A DNA stretch of 56,089 bases, filler included, from Dugesia japonica (GCA_001938525.1; 5 parts of 5 records of this genome joined end to end with filler, not necessarily neighbours in it), one strand, 5' to 3'; shown: positions 12,420-26,023, counted from the whole stretch's first letter. Numbers and translations are program-made. Notes: generated by a model from the sequence alone, not told the origin.

Positions 12420-13620
12420 AAATTAAAACAGACAAAACCAATAAATTGGTAGCTCTATCTGAACAGATATACAATGAATTATTCTCTGTACATTTAAATA
12501 ATTATGAAACAATAGCTCAAAAAAGACTACCAACTACAGAAGAAATTTGATTCAATAAACAATTAATTCAAATAGCAGAAAATATGAAGACCTAAAAAGA
12601 TATTTACTTTTAAAATTCAAATGTCATGAACAAAAAGGTGGTCTTGCAACGAGTAACAATATATCTCCAATTCTAGAGATAATTTTCATGAACTACATTG
12701 AAAATCAAACAATTTTTAAATCAAACAAGAAAATTCATTAATGGTTTATAAACATATATGATTTTTTCTTTGTAATTAATTATCCTTAAGAGAATATTTT
12801 AGAATTAGCTAATAGAATAAATGTTAACATTAAATTCACTTAAAAAATGCATTTACTTTCAGATTTCTATTCTAGACACTTTAATCCAAAAAGGACCTGG
12901 TGAAATATTAACTACCCAATTATATATGAAACCATTTCACAGTGGGTGTATATTACCTTGGAGTAGTAATACGACCATCAGTCAGAAAATTGGTATAATT
13001 AATGATGAAATAATTCAAGCTGAGAGGCTATCTTCAAATGAAGAAATGAAATTGATTTCTCTCAAGTTGATAAAAAATAAATTCTTAAATAATGGCTACT
13101 CAAATAAAATTATATCAAAATATTTATCTTCGAATCCAATATATAATAAAATGTGAAATAAGTTGATCGAGAAAATATTTTATTAAAATTAACTATGTTT
13201 AATTGAACATACGAATGCCTTAACCCTGCTTATATTATCAGAACCCTCCAAACCAGAATTAAGAAACAACTCAAATTTAAGTAAAGTAAAGAATTCAAAC
13301 ACTTTTAACACAAACATGACATTTCAATAAAACAACATCAAGTAACATGAAAAACACTAAAAACAGGCTACATTTTCACATTTCATCAAAAAAAACCTGA
13401 AGAATAACTAATTAAAGAAGATCTTTCTAAAATCAATGTAATTTATAATAATTAAATAATTAAAATTTAAAAAATTAAAAATTAAGCAATTAAAATTCAA
13501 TAAATAAAATTAATTAAAAACATTTTTACATTTTAAACATAAATCTTGCATAAATCAAAAAAAGTCAATTCCTAATGAAGACTAAGTAGAAAATTCGAAT
13601 TATCCTCTAAAACAACAAAA
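12420..13620 (+). mobile_element. Penelope-like element, decayed and internally deleted (RT, thumb, GIY-YIG C-end, 3' region with degenerate hammerhead)
   Basis: GLATSNNISPILEIIFMNYIE (GxxMGxxxSP region), ISILDTLI...TQLYMKPFHSG.ILPWSS (thumb), HxxTWKTL.TGY-like nuclease end, CAATTCCTAATGAAGACTAAGTAGAAAATTCGAATT at 13566. Confidence 0.8.
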
Positions 13621-13729
13621 TAATTTTGGACGAATCTTATAATACTTACTATATTTTATTTTTTTTATTAAGTCTATTTTGAAATTTTATTTTTTTAAAT
13701 TGAAATAAAATAAATGTTTGAAAAAAATT

Positions 13730-13861
13730 GCGTTAGATATAAAAGAAATTCCGTGAAAATCGCGTTGTAATAGTCGTGTTGTAGGAAACCTTTCGCATTT
13801 TGCGAACCGCGTTGTAGGGAAATCACATTATAGAAGTTCCGCGTTGTAAGAGAGTTACCTG
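13730..13861 (+). mobile_element. pogo/Tigger-type transposon right end
   Basis: Subterminal CGCGTTGTA repeats ending GAGAGTTACCTG|TA. Confidence 0.6.
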
Positions 13862-14569
13862 TATGTATATTCATTATTGAATAAATTTTGCCTATATTTA
13901 TACCTTATAAATTATATTATTTTAGATAGTTTTAGATATTTTAGTAATTTTTTGATCGAAAATTATTATGTTATAATTATAAATATATTTAAGGAGACTT
14001 TGATTGAATATTTTAGCATGAATCTGTAGCTTTCGTATATTGGCAAAGTCTGTGTGGTTACCAATTATTTATCGTTGAATGATAATAACTCGTGTCTTAA
14101 ACATGTTTAATCAATAGACAAAAGTAAAGGATCTGTGAATGTAATATGAAATTTACTAAAGCGATGAAAGCGGAATATAACTCTGGGAAGAGTGATAAAT
14201 AAGGAAAGTTTAGTGATAATCAAGGGTTTAAAAGAAACTAATTATGATCGACACAATGCCGGAGACTCCAATTTTGTGTGTCCAATAAAGAAAAGCATCT
14301 TAAAATAATTTGTCCGACGAAACAGTTTGCATAATATTAATCATGTCACCAGAAGGCGCAAGTCAGCTGGATTGATTCAGAAGAAATGAAGCATGCTATA
14401 TTGTTAATTGTGTACATTATTACTCTATTCTGTTTCATGTTTATAATATCCATTGGTTTACTGTGTATAAGACTTAATTAGTATAATATATATGAAGCAC
14501 AATTAGTTTGTTGTATTAGACTCTATTGACAGATATTGACATGTTTTACCCAGGATATTGAAAATGTTT

Positions 14570-15150
14570 ACTGACGTTATAAATAAACTTAAAAACGTAA
14601 AATAATACACACAATAAACCTTATAGAGTTATATAATACGCGAAATAAACCTAATAGGATAATATAATATACACTATAGACCTAATAGTATCATATAATA
14701 CATATAATAATCTCTTTAAAGTCACTAAATACAGAAAGAACGTGACTATTAATCAAAATATCTACAATTTTATATAATTTTGTAGAGTTAATAGGGCTTT
14801 GCTGTAGTGTTTAGTATGATTTTTATATGATCTTAAAAGGTTTTTATAGCTTTTTATACGGTAATCGTGTGGTTTTAATGTGGTTTAAGCGGGTTTGTCG
14901 GATAACTATAGGATTTCACAGGGTTTTATATGGTAATTATATAGATTTCTAAAGTAATTATAAGGTTTCATAAGATGATATATGGTAATTATATGGTTTA
15001 ATACAATAAATTTAAGTTTTATATGTTCTTATAATGCTTTTATATGGTTTTTATAAAGTAACTACAAAGTTTATAACTACGGGTTTATAAGGTTCTATAT
15101 GGTCTTATAAAGTTTTTTATGCGTTTTATAAGGTTTTATAAGGTAATTAT
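14570..15150. repeat. Degenerate low-complexity minisatellite (ttataaggtttt/atatggtaatt-like units)
   Basis: Recurring TATAAGG/TATATGG/GGTTT(T) units. Confidence 0.6.
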
Positions 15151-15221
15151 AGATATTTAAAAAAATTAAAAAATTAAAAAATTAAATATTTCGCCCATTA
15201 AAACAATAAATTTGAAATTTC

Positions 15222-15340
15222 TATACCAGTCCAAAGGTCAAATCAACCATTTTCTAAACCAGTCCAAAAGTCAACCCCATACATTTACACATGGTCCAAA
15301 GGTCAAGTCACCGAATATGTATACCAGATCAAAGTCTATA
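15222..15340 (+). repeat. Tandem repeat ~34-36 nt with core CCAGTCCAAA(G/A)GTCAA, 4 copies
   Basis: ccagtccaaaggtcaa, ccagtccaaaagtcaa, tggtccaaaggtcaag, ccagatcaaagtcta. Confidence 0.85.
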
Positions 15341-15399
15341 TTATAACATTTCTATATCGGTTTGTCAGCAGATGGAGGTGGTTCAATGCGCTTCTATCT

Positions 15400-16980
15400 G
15401 CCTACTGGTAATGAATACGTATCTTTTCTTGGGACGCTGTCTTAATTCTTCAGTTTTCTTTTTCACTGGGACAATAGGAGAAGGCAAAGGCAAAAACTTG
15501 GTTGCAATATCCCATTTTAAATCTATTTGTCTGGTGACTTCTTTCTGATATATGTGAGGTATTTTAGACGCTTTTTGTTTAATTAGTGTCAGATTAGTTA
15601 GCGGAATCTCATGCTCTATTACATGAGTTTTACCTAAATCCTATTCATGTTTCGCAAATATACTGTTATATTTTTCTAAAAGTTTATTCACGATTTGATT
15701 TTGCTATTTTGTTGAGATTTCACTTTCAACAAACGGTTTGCTACACTGTTTAACTTTTGGCGGGATAGTGTCATTAGAAATTTCTTGTCCTTGTATGGTT
15801 GGTCCAATTTTGATTTAGCCTTTTATTTTAATGGTTTATCACCAAAATCTTCAAATCTGACGGGAAGAGTTTAATCTGAGATTGTGAAAAGTCCTTTACA
15901 GATTGATAATCATGCGTCTCCATAAAGGTATAATAGGATTCAAATAAAAATTCTTCATTTGCTTTTATGTTGTTTTCACATAGTATACCATTTCATGGCA
16001 TTTTGGAATTGTATTATCTTGCTTTAAAAGCACTTTACGTGCTTTATGAATGATTTTGATTGTAAGTCTACTTATTAAATTTCTCGTTTTTAGATCCATT
16101 ACTATCAGTCATTAACACATAATTACGTGGTAATCCCATAATGTTTCTTCTTTTTGTTTCGATATCCACTTTTCCTTTATAATTTACAAACTCATTAATT
16201 TCAATGGAGATTTCAATTTTTTGTGATAGTCTTGTTAGGTGACACGGTAGTTGTGGCTGATACTTTGGTTTGAATTTATATAGCTGTTGAAATGATATGT
16301 CATCTTTAATCATCCATGAGATACGCTGTGCTTTGTAAGTATTTATATCCTTAACTGATAATAACGACTGAGTGCTACTTTTAGCAATATCCATGTTCGT
16401 TACGCCACTTGTGTCTGCATTGTTGAGATTATTATTCTCGATACTGCTACTATCTTCAGTTTCATCTCGTAATTTGACCCGGTTCTTCCGATTTCGTGGT
16501 TTTTTCTCATTTTCATTTGTTTGCTACTCTGCATTTGGTAATTTATATTTTCCATTTCATTAAATTGGTGACTAATTATTAAACATTTTGCAAGGAATGG
16601 TATACATTTCACAGTTAGCTTCGCTGAGAGACCAAATATGGTTTATAATCAGAAACATTAATAATCTTATGAGTGTCCATAACCAAAACACTCCTATGAA
16701 TCCGGACGTTACTTGCTTAAAATACAAGAAATGTATTCATATCCTTTTCATTGTATTTAAATTAGCTTTTTGTAATGATCTGGAGACAACAAGTAGTCAT
16801 AATTTACATTTTCCATTTCACTAGGTAATAACTTGTCCACAAATTTTGTTAAAATAATTTCCCTTTTTAATGGAAATAACAGATTTTGTCTAGCATCCTC
16901 AATCTCTTCATTCTAATAAATTCAGAATGATGCTAATTTGTCTAAAGGTGTAAAATTTTGTAAGTACTCCAATTTTGTCA
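15400..16980 (-). mobile_element. Ty3/Gypsy gag-pro-RT-start remnant
   Basis: Minus strand HE*DLGKTHVIEHEIPL...KQKASKIP...KEV..QI and PSPIVPVKKK (RT N-terminus); upstream gag-like ORF pieces. Confidence 0.7.
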
Positions 16981-18082
16981 TTTCCAATATCTCTATTTAT
17001 TAGATATTTACAAATTAAATGAATTTTTTGTCGATTTTCATTTTCAATTAAATATTTTTATTTTGACAAAAATTTTACAATTTATATTCTTACTTGAGAT
17101 ATTCAATATTCATTCATAGGTTTTACGGTTCGATACATAATATTTACTGTTTACATTAATATACATCTTTATACTATTAACTAAATTTACCTTCTAATTA
17201 CTGATATGTATTATTGAACCTTTAATTTTGGGCCTACAAAGTATGAAGCTATTTTAATACTTTGTTCTATAATCACTAATTAATTTTTTCATAATTGCTA
17301 AAAATGGAAGAGGTAAACTGTCCTTATAAAATACGTTTTGAACTGCGGAAGAAAGACGCGCGAAAATCACCTCCAAGTATTAACGGGTTGGTAGCCAAGT
17401 TGATGGTGTGGCAACAAATACTACTTTAAACAAAAAAATCATGAAATTAATAAATAAGATCCAATAAATTAAAGCGAATATCGAAGAAATTTAAATTTTA
17501 AGAAATTGGATATTCTTCATTAATTGTTAAAAAAATTGTAAATCGGAATCTTAATAAAATAGAAAAGTAATAAATTGTATTGTACTTTTTTTTAATTGTA
17601 CTTTTTGGTAATTTAAATTGTATTTAATTTCTGTTTATTTTTAATTATTGAAGTTAAAAAGTTAATTATTATACTTAAAAAGAAAAATATGATATCGCTA
17701 AGAGATAATAAACCTTATTAACTAATATATAAATAATTAAGCGTCATATATATTTACACGAAAAGGTCAAACACCATTACACCGGCTCTAAATGTTACTC
17801 ATTATCATTTAAAAATTGTAAACATGAAATCTATGATGACAGCAAATAATAGATTTTCTATAATTTACTTTAAAATAATTTATAATATTTGTATAAATTA
17901 TATCATCTGTACAAATTTTATATAAAATTTTTTAATTTAAAATCATAATTACAAAAATTATGGAATAAAATTTTTTTACTTTAGTTTTAGTTTTAGTTTA
18001 TTAAATAACTATTTACTAGAAAAAATCGTATATGTTGAAATCGTCTAAATAGTGTAATTAAAATAAACTATAAATATTTAAA

Positions 18083-18141
18083 ATGGTTACAAATAATGTG
18101 AAATTTTCTGATCTCTATGAAATGAAGGAAGAACTTGGCAG
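18083..18141 (+). CDS. CaMKII: Calcium/calmodulin-dependent protein kinase II, coding exon 1
   Basis: MVTNNVKFSDLYEMKEELG(R); GT donor at 18142; 49-nt intron ending ttcAG at 18190. Confidence 0.93.
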
Positions 18142-18190
18142 GTGAATAGCAGAATTAAACATTTAAGTTATTAGCTTTAATTATATTCAG

Positions 18191-18285
18191 AGGAGCATTT
18201 TCTATTGTAAAGCGATGTGTTCAAAAAGCCTCAAACTTAGAATTTGCAGCGAAAATTATCAACACAAAGCGCTTATCGTCAAGAG
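18191..18285 (+). CDS. CaMKII: Calcium/calmodulin-dependent protein kinase II, coding exon 2
   Basis: (R)[31 protein letters not shown], the CaMKII G-loop/subdomain II signature; 95-nt exon ending at GT 18286. Later exons are not recognisable in this piece. Confidence 0.93.
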
Positions 18286-18904
18286 GTTAGTAGCTTTAAT
18301 TGAATATTTTACTTAATATTTATTGATAAAGCTTTCAAATTTATAGCTTATTACATATAATAATGGCCCAATATTTTATGATATAAAGATTATGTTACTG
18401 TTTTCAAGTTTTAATAAGTTACAAGATTGTATAGACAAAACTGACTAAATATAATTGCTCTGAATTTTAACTTTTTAAGTTTAAAAACTAATTTAGCAAT
18501 TCTATCAATTATAATTCAAAAATGGATTTTCATTAAATTTAAAGAAATAAGCCAATATTTTGCCGTCAATATTAATTAATAAGTTTTCAATAAATGATAA
18601 TAATAATATAGTAATTTAGATATAAAATAAAAGGCTTTTTCAAGCGATTAAAATAAAATGTTATGGCATTTATAAATTTTAAAAAACTGACGTTTTTTTA
18701 TCGATTTTTACATTAGAATTCTCTGAAAGAATGAAAAAATTGGCTTTAAAAAATTAGTAGAAAATTATAATTTTTTTAATTGCTTTTTTTAAGGAATCTG
18801 TTTAATTCAAAACTACATATGCATAAACTAAAAGCATGAAAATAAAGATATCGTTAATTTTAATTTATTAATTTATCTTTAAAATATATATATATATATA
18901 TATA

Positions 18905-19240
18905 TCCGGCGAGGATGAAGTCTTGCTTTGACTATAGATATTCACTTCTGGCACAATGTTAGCCACTGCCTTTTCTTTTAATGTTAACATAAAACACCCA
19001 TTTTTCATCTCCCGTCATAATTCTTATTAAAAGGTTTTATTTATTGAATCTGGAGAGAAGAGCAACCTATTCTGTTTGTTGCTTTCACTCAAGTAAGTAG
19101 GAATCCGTGAATTTTCTTAATTCACTTTGCTTAATTAATATAGATCAATGACAATGGTGGTGTGAGAGACATGAAAGCGATCTCCTAATTACCATGTTGT
19201 AAGCTTTTGAACTCCTTCGATAAGAGTCAAACGCACTTTC
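18905..19240 (-). mobile_element. mariner transposase fragment
   Basis: Minus strand MTGDEKWVFYVNIKRK(R)QWL and KQDFHP. Confidence 0.8.
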
Positions 19241-19639
19241 ATATTTAAATTTTACTCAATTCCTCCAATATATTCAGATAGATCATAATCCCTACTCTTG
19301 AAATTTCGTTACATTCTTTAACATTTATATCTGGACCACCCAGAAACTGAATAAACAAATGAAACGCTTTTAAAGGCAGTATATATATAATCACTGCTAC
19401 ATCATCCTCCATCTCTCTCAACCGCTTACTTTTTAATAAAATCATTTAAATAATTAAGAAAATTTCTGCCAACCGCCACTTTTTAATATAAAGGTAATTT
19501 AAATTAATTTAATATAATGCGAATTTGCAATTAATTTTTTCCTTTTTTTGTTTATCCATAATAAAAATGACAAAGAGAAAATNNNNNNNNNNNNNNNNNN
19601 NNNNNNNNNNNNNNNNNNNNNNNNNNNNNNGAGGCACAT

Positions 19640-20511
19640 CCACAAACAACAGAGAAACGGGTTGGAGAAATATTTGAACAAATGTTTAAAAAATGATTTC
19701 GTGACGAAAAATAAATTATATTAGACGAAATAAAGAAAAAAATTTGTAAAATACAACACTGGAAGCAAAAGAAAAGTATAGAAAACCGATATTGAAATAT
19801 TCTATAGTTGATGAAGAATTTTCAAAATGGATAGATTATATCTAATCGGTGGGTGGAATACAAAATGATAATTTGCTAATAAATAAAGCTTTTACAATTG
19901 CCAAGAATAATAATATTGAAAAACTTTAAGGTTCGGTTATATGTCTTTTAAAATTCAAAGCAAGACGACGTTTTTGAATTTTGAAGAATTTTTACACTCT
20001 TTAATTCAAAAAATCAATTTTTATGGAGCAGAAAATGTTTATAATGCGAATAAAACATGTATTTTTTTTATAAGTTTATTCCTTCTAAAAACCTATACAC
20101 AAACATTTGAAATGAGTACAAGATACTTAATGAAAGAGTTTCAGTATTACTTTGTTTAAATATGGTCGGGACAAAGAAACTTAAATCTTTGGTTATTGTA
20201 AAGTTCGTAAAACCAAGGTATTTTAATCAGTTCTCTCCGGAAACATGTTAAATATAGCAATTCATCAAGATCTAGAAGGACAGTCGAAATTTTTAATAAG
20301 TGGCTACCAGAATGGAATTTTAAGCTTTCTAAATTGAAAAACATAATTTTAATAGTTATCGACAATTTTCTTTAACATAGAATTTGTTGCATTAAAATCG
20401 ATAGAAATATTTTTCATGCCAGCAAGTCTAACATCAACACTTCAACCGTTAAACGAAGGAATAATTAAAGGGCTTAAATTATCTTTTAATAGCAAAAAAC
20501 TATCTGATATT
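19640..20511 (+). mobile_element. pogo/Tigger transposase pseudogene (CENP-B-like HTH + DDE_1)
   Basis: YGAENVYNA.KTCIFF, ERVSVLLCLNM.G.KKL..LVI, WLPEWN, IVIDNF, FMPASLTSTLQPLNEGII. Confidence 0.85.
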
Positions 20512-20523
20512 ATTATTTATTAA

Positions 20524-21214
20524 CACATTCGCTGCCAGTTTGAATATGGTTGATTGTACACAGAAACCAAATTTCAATTATGCAAAATTATGTATTAATA
20601 ATATACCTATGCAATAAAAATATATTCGCCTTGTGTGCGATACAAAAACTGAACAACAGAAAAACAATATACAATGACTATACCATGTGCTCCTACGGGG
20701 ACGGCAATATGAACCGAGCGAAATATCAATTTCAGATACTTAGTGAAATTCAAATANTTTTTCAATGATTTATCGAATATAAAAATAACTAATAAAATGT
20801 GGTTTAAATTTAAATTGAATTTATCGATATTATTTATTAATAGAGAAATTATATATAAACAATTTCATATTATAAAACACTAAATTCGCGATATACGTAA
20901 GATTCGCGTTACTGATGTGTAAATACGATCATTTCATTTTGCATGTTTAAAAGCAGTTGAATTCTATCAAATTTTCTTACAAAAATGAGCTTTGTTTTGA
21001 AAATTTGTTTAGATAGAATAATGAATCGACTTCTGAATGACAGATACGGCTCGACTGTTTAGCATATTACTTCTACGCTCATCTGAATTTTGAGAAATAT
21101 TCCTGATAAACTGGATTTTGTAATCAATTAACTTTTCACAATCGTTATTTTTCTAAATATTATTCAACAATTTTAAGTTAAGGTTAATTACGTTCTGTTT
21201 AGAAATAATTAACA
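20524..21214 (+). mobile_element. TTAA-flanked piggyBac-like non-autonomous element end, copy 1
   Basis: TTAA|CACATTCGCTGCCA start; near-identical to 22349-23040. Confidence 0.55.
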
Positions 21215-21264
21215 NNNNNNNNNNNNNNNNNNNNNNNNNNNNNNNNNNNNNNNNNNNNNNNNNN

Positions 21265-22070
21265 TCGATAGAAATATTTTTCATGCCAGCAAGTCTAACA
21301 TCAACACTTCAACCGTTAAACGAAGGAATAATTAAAGGCCTTAAATTATCTTTTAATAGCAAAAAACTATCTGATATTATTGAAAAAGTTGAAAGTGGTA
21401 TTAATATTTTTGATTCGTATAAAAAATTTGCAGTTAAAGCTATAACCTGGATCAATTTTGTTTGGCAAGAATTAGCAACTACGACCATTCTAAATTATTT
21501 TAAACACGTTGTTAGAAGTCTGTTTAATTCCCATAATATTTATTAATGATAATCTAGAAAAGGAAGAATAAAAATATATGTAATTATGATTTCAGTAATC
21601 AACATATCTCAATCAGCAAACAAACATTGACCTGTTATGCAACATACAAAATATTTGAACTCAGTCAAATATTAATTATGCAACATACAATTTTAATAAT
21701 GATATTAAAGAAATATAAAATATCCTCACAAACGCAAAATAGTACGATCAAGCAGAAAGTATTTAAGCAGTTGATTAATATAAAATTGATGTATTTAATA
21801 AATTTATTCATAAAGCAGAAATTTTTTTATCCAATTGAGAAAAAAGAATTTAATGTGTTACTAAGTTTTTCAGATGATGAAAATGTAATCAATCATAACG
21901 ATAACGACTTAAATGATATTTATAATCAAAACGGAAAAGTAAAAATATCCATTCTTAAAAAAGAGATTTATACTGCTTTTCAGATAATAAAAGATTATTT
22001 TAACGAAGAAGGAATGTTTAGTAACAATACAATGATTTGTAATAATTCTCATTTTATCAAAATGAATTAA
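21265..22070 (+). mobile_element. pogo/Tigger transposase C-terminal part (overlapping duplicate of 20398-20511 and continuation)
   Basis: MPASLTSTLQPLNEGIIKGLK...AITWINFVWQELATTTILNYFKH. Confidence 0.8.
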
Positions 22071-22079
22071 TATTGATTA

Positions 22080-22250
22080 AGTTTTCAAATATTTCAACTC
22101 AAACATAATATTTTTCCAGAAAAACATCATATTACATGAAAAACACTCGAGACAGGCTACATTTCTACACTTCACAGAAAAAACATGAACAAATATTAAT
22201 TAAAGAAAATAAACCTAAGATCAATGTGGTTTTCAATAATTACAATAATA
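22080..22250 (+). mobile_element. Penelope-like GIY-YIG C-terminal fragment
   Basis: KHNIFPEKHHIT*KTLETGYISTLHRKKHEQILIKENKPKINV, same family as 13300-13450 and 36700-36830. Confidence 0.7.
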
Positions 22251-22348
22251 AAAAAATTTTAAAAAAAATAGTTTTTAGTAAAAAGGGAAATAATATTGAT
22301 AAAAAATTTTTAATACGAATTTGAAAGAAATTTTTAAATGTTTATTAA

Positions 22349-23040
22349 CACATTCGCTGCCAGTTTGAATATGGTTGATTGTACGCAGAAACCAAATTTC
22401 AATTATGCAAAATTATGTATTAATAATATACCTATGCAATAAAAATATATTCGGCTTGTGTGCGATACAAAAACTGAACAACAGAAAAACAATATACAAT
22501 GACTATGCCATGTGCTCCTATAGGAGACGGCCATATGAACCGAGCGAAATATCAATTTCAGATACCTAGTGAAATTCAAATAGTTTTTCAATGATTTATC
22601 GAATATAAAAATAACTAATAAAATGTGGTTTAAATTTAAATTGAATTTATCGATATTATTTATTAATAGAGAAATTATATATAAACAATTTCATATTATA
22701 AAACACTAAATTCGCGATATACGTAAGATTCGCGTTACTGATGTGTAAATACGATCATTTCATTTTGCATGTTTAAAAGCAGTTGAATTCTATCAAATTT
22801 TCTTACAAAAATGAGCTTTGTTTTGAAAATTTGTTTAGATAGAATAATGAATCGACTTCTGAATGACAGATACGGCTCGACTGTTTAGCATATTACTTCT
22901 ACGCTCATCTGAATTTTGAGAAATATTCCTGATAAACTGGATTTTGTAATCAATTAACTTTTCACAATCGTTATTTTTCTAAATATTATTCAACAATTTT
23001 AAGTTAAGGTTAATTACGTTCTGTTTAGAAATAATTAACA
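22349..23040 (+). mobile_element. TTAA-flanked piggyBac-like non-autonomous element end, copy 2
   Basis: Near-identical to 20524-21214; both run into gaps at the same base. Confidence 0.55.
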
Positions 23041-25803
23041 NNNNNNNNNNNNNNNNNNNNNNNNNNNNNNNNNNNNNNNNNNNNTTAATTAATTAANNNN
23101 NNNNNNNNNNNNNNNNNNNNNNNNNNNNNNNNNNNNNNNNCGCTAAAGAGATTGTAAACATTTTTCCATCCTATTTTTAAAAACTTGATTTTTTCAACTA
23201 GAGACAGCTTATGAGGTGTCTATATTCAATGGCTTAATTTTTAGTTTCTTTTTAGTTTACTTCCAGAATTCTAACTTTGATTTCCGGATTATTCATATTT
23301 TATTAAAACGGAAAATTTTTATACCATATTTTTTCTAAAAACGATTTATTTTTATACATTATCACAAATTTATATAATTAAAAGTAAGAATCTATTTAAG
23401 AAAAACACTTCGGATAAAATTAAATTAATTAATTTTTTTAATATTATTTACTTGTTTATACAATAAAAAAATTAACCTTTTATTATAGAAAGTATGTATA
23501 AACGATTTACCGATAAAATTGTAGATAGTACAGACGATATCAAGTAAGAAAATAATATGAAATCCACTAAAAAAATTAAAATTCTATTTCAAGAGAAATC
23601 TTTTTTTTTTTAATAAAATCTTACTTTTGTTTGTATTTATTTATAATAATTTTTAAAGTGGATTTTTAGATGAAATTTTTTTTACGGATATTTGATATTT
23701 TTATTTTATTATTAAATGTAAAAGTATGAGCCGGAAAAAAACTTAAATTTTCCTTAAATTTGTAATTAATATTTTAATTATCAAATTTTAATTTAATCTT
23801 ATATTTAAAAATAATTCAAAGATTTTTTATCAAAAATTTTTGATATTTTATTACTTTAGAAAAGCCTAAGTAAATTTTTCCCCTCAACCAAAAATTTTGT
23901 TTTTTTGCAATTCAAAGGGCGACCAAAAATACGAAATAAAGTCTTTTAGAAAAAGTTAGAAAAACATACGAAATGACAGAAAGCTTTAAAAATAAAATCT
24001 TATTATTCTTTATGTTTATTATGGGATTGGTGCTGTGAAAAGTTTTTTTATAATTTTTAAATTTTTTTCGCGACACACTATTTGCCCACCCCTGTATAAG
24101 ATTAATTAGTCAGATTTGCATAAATATTAGTAATTAAATATCTATGTTCTTTGTTATTTGTAATTAATTTTTTTAAATAAACATTAATATTAAAAAGAAA
24201 TGATTGATGAAATTACTTTAATAAACTTTTGATTAGAATTTCCCCCTTAAAATAACTGAGAAACCAAAATTTATAAAGACTATTTATTGACCATATTTAC
24301 GACGCAGCATTGATTACATTTTAGTTTTTTTAATTCTTTTCAATTTATAGAAGTTTTCTTTTAACAAATTATAATTAAAAATTATTAATTATAATGACTA
24401 AAAATCATATTTTATAAACTTTAAACTATTATATTTGTTGGGCTGAAACAGCTCAGTTGGAGAATAAATTTTAGTTAATTAAGAGAAGATGTGATAAAGA
24501 GCTCGGAGTACATGAGAAATGATTTTAATNNNNNNNNNNNNNNNNNNNNNNNNNNNNNNNNNNNNNNNNNNNNNNNNNNNNNNNNNNNNNNNNNNNNNNN
24601 NNNNNNNNNNNNNNNNNNNNNNNNNNNNNNNNNNNNNNNNNNNNNNNNGTCCGAATAAAACAAAGGATCAGAAAGAGAATGGAATTGTAATTAGAACAAA
24701 GGTACTCTAAGAAATAATTGTCCAAAACACATAAATAATTAAATAAAATGATTAAATAAAATGATTATATTAAATGAATAAATTAAAGAATAAATTAGAG
24801 GCGAACAATTTGGTAAATGAAAAATGATATTGGAAGAATGAATTAAATCGAAGAAGAATGAACTACCAAAATCAAAGTGTCGAAGAAAGGTGAATAAACA
24901 TTAATGCGGTGAATAAATAATAATGCTCAAAGAAAAATAGAAAAAAATTGAATTAAAGTTCAGAATTACTACGATAAAAGTCAGAAATAAAAAGGTTAGA
25001 ATTAAATAATGAGTGAGCAACGTAAAGATCGAAAGATATGCTGAACATATATTATTAATTATAATTTATATGATTGTTATATAAGTAGAATTATAAATNA
25101 ATANTTATTAGAATATAATAAAAAGATTATTGTAGGAAGTAGAATTAAAACAAAATAATTGTTGACTAAATTAGTATTATCATTATGTTATAAAATCAAT
25201 GGAAAAGATTTTATTATTAAAGTAAAGTATTAAATAATTAAAATATAAAAATATTATTATAGTATAATTATTGATTTTATTATTATTGGTGAAATATTAT
25301 TATTTGTAAAGAAAAAATCTGAATTTGGAAATGAAAGTTTTATATAGTGAAAAAGAATAAAAAGTAAATTAGTATTAAATATTTAAAGTAAATTATTTAT
25401 ATTTATTGATGGAAATATCAGTAATAAAATCTGTAAAATAGAATTTCCAAAATTATTATTTTAAACAATAAATATTATTAATTTTATTATGATCGGATAA
25501 ATATAATTAAATTTGATGAAAGAGACAGAATTTAATGATAAAAATTATATGAGAATAAAAAGGAGTTAATTTTATAAAAGATATAATTACTGATATTAAA
25601 TTATTTACATGTATTTATGTATTTATCCCTATTTACAAATCGTTAACAAGATTTTCAAATTATTATTTTTACATAAATATTATTATTTGAATTGGACATT
25701 TCTAAATGTCAAGCATTGATGTACGTGTTCCAACAAGTAGTATTGACACTATGAAATTCAGAATTTTGTTGATATTTGTTGAAATATGATAATGCCTGTG
25801 ACG

Positions 25804-26023
25804 GGTGAGCACCGCACTTTGTTGTAGACAATCAGAAATATATGTGTCTGGTGAGCACCGCACTATGTACAGAATATGACTTTGATGTAAATCTATGATG
25901 CCGAGTAAGCACCGGTATCCATATGCAGATAAGAAGATTGTATATCGAAGATGAACAGCAGATGTAAAAATAATCATGACTAAATTTAGATATTTGTGTA
26001 GAATCGGCGGGTGAGCACCGCAC
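25804..26023. repeat. Spaced repeats of GGTGAGCACCGCAC with non-identical spacers
   Basis: Exact copies at 25804, 25850 and 26010; variant AGTAAGCACCG at 25904; possible relic at ~25950. Confidence 0.9.

Noticed and set aside
25804-26023. True CRISPR array
   Set aside because: Eukaryotic context, 14-nt repeat, irregular spacing, no cas genes.
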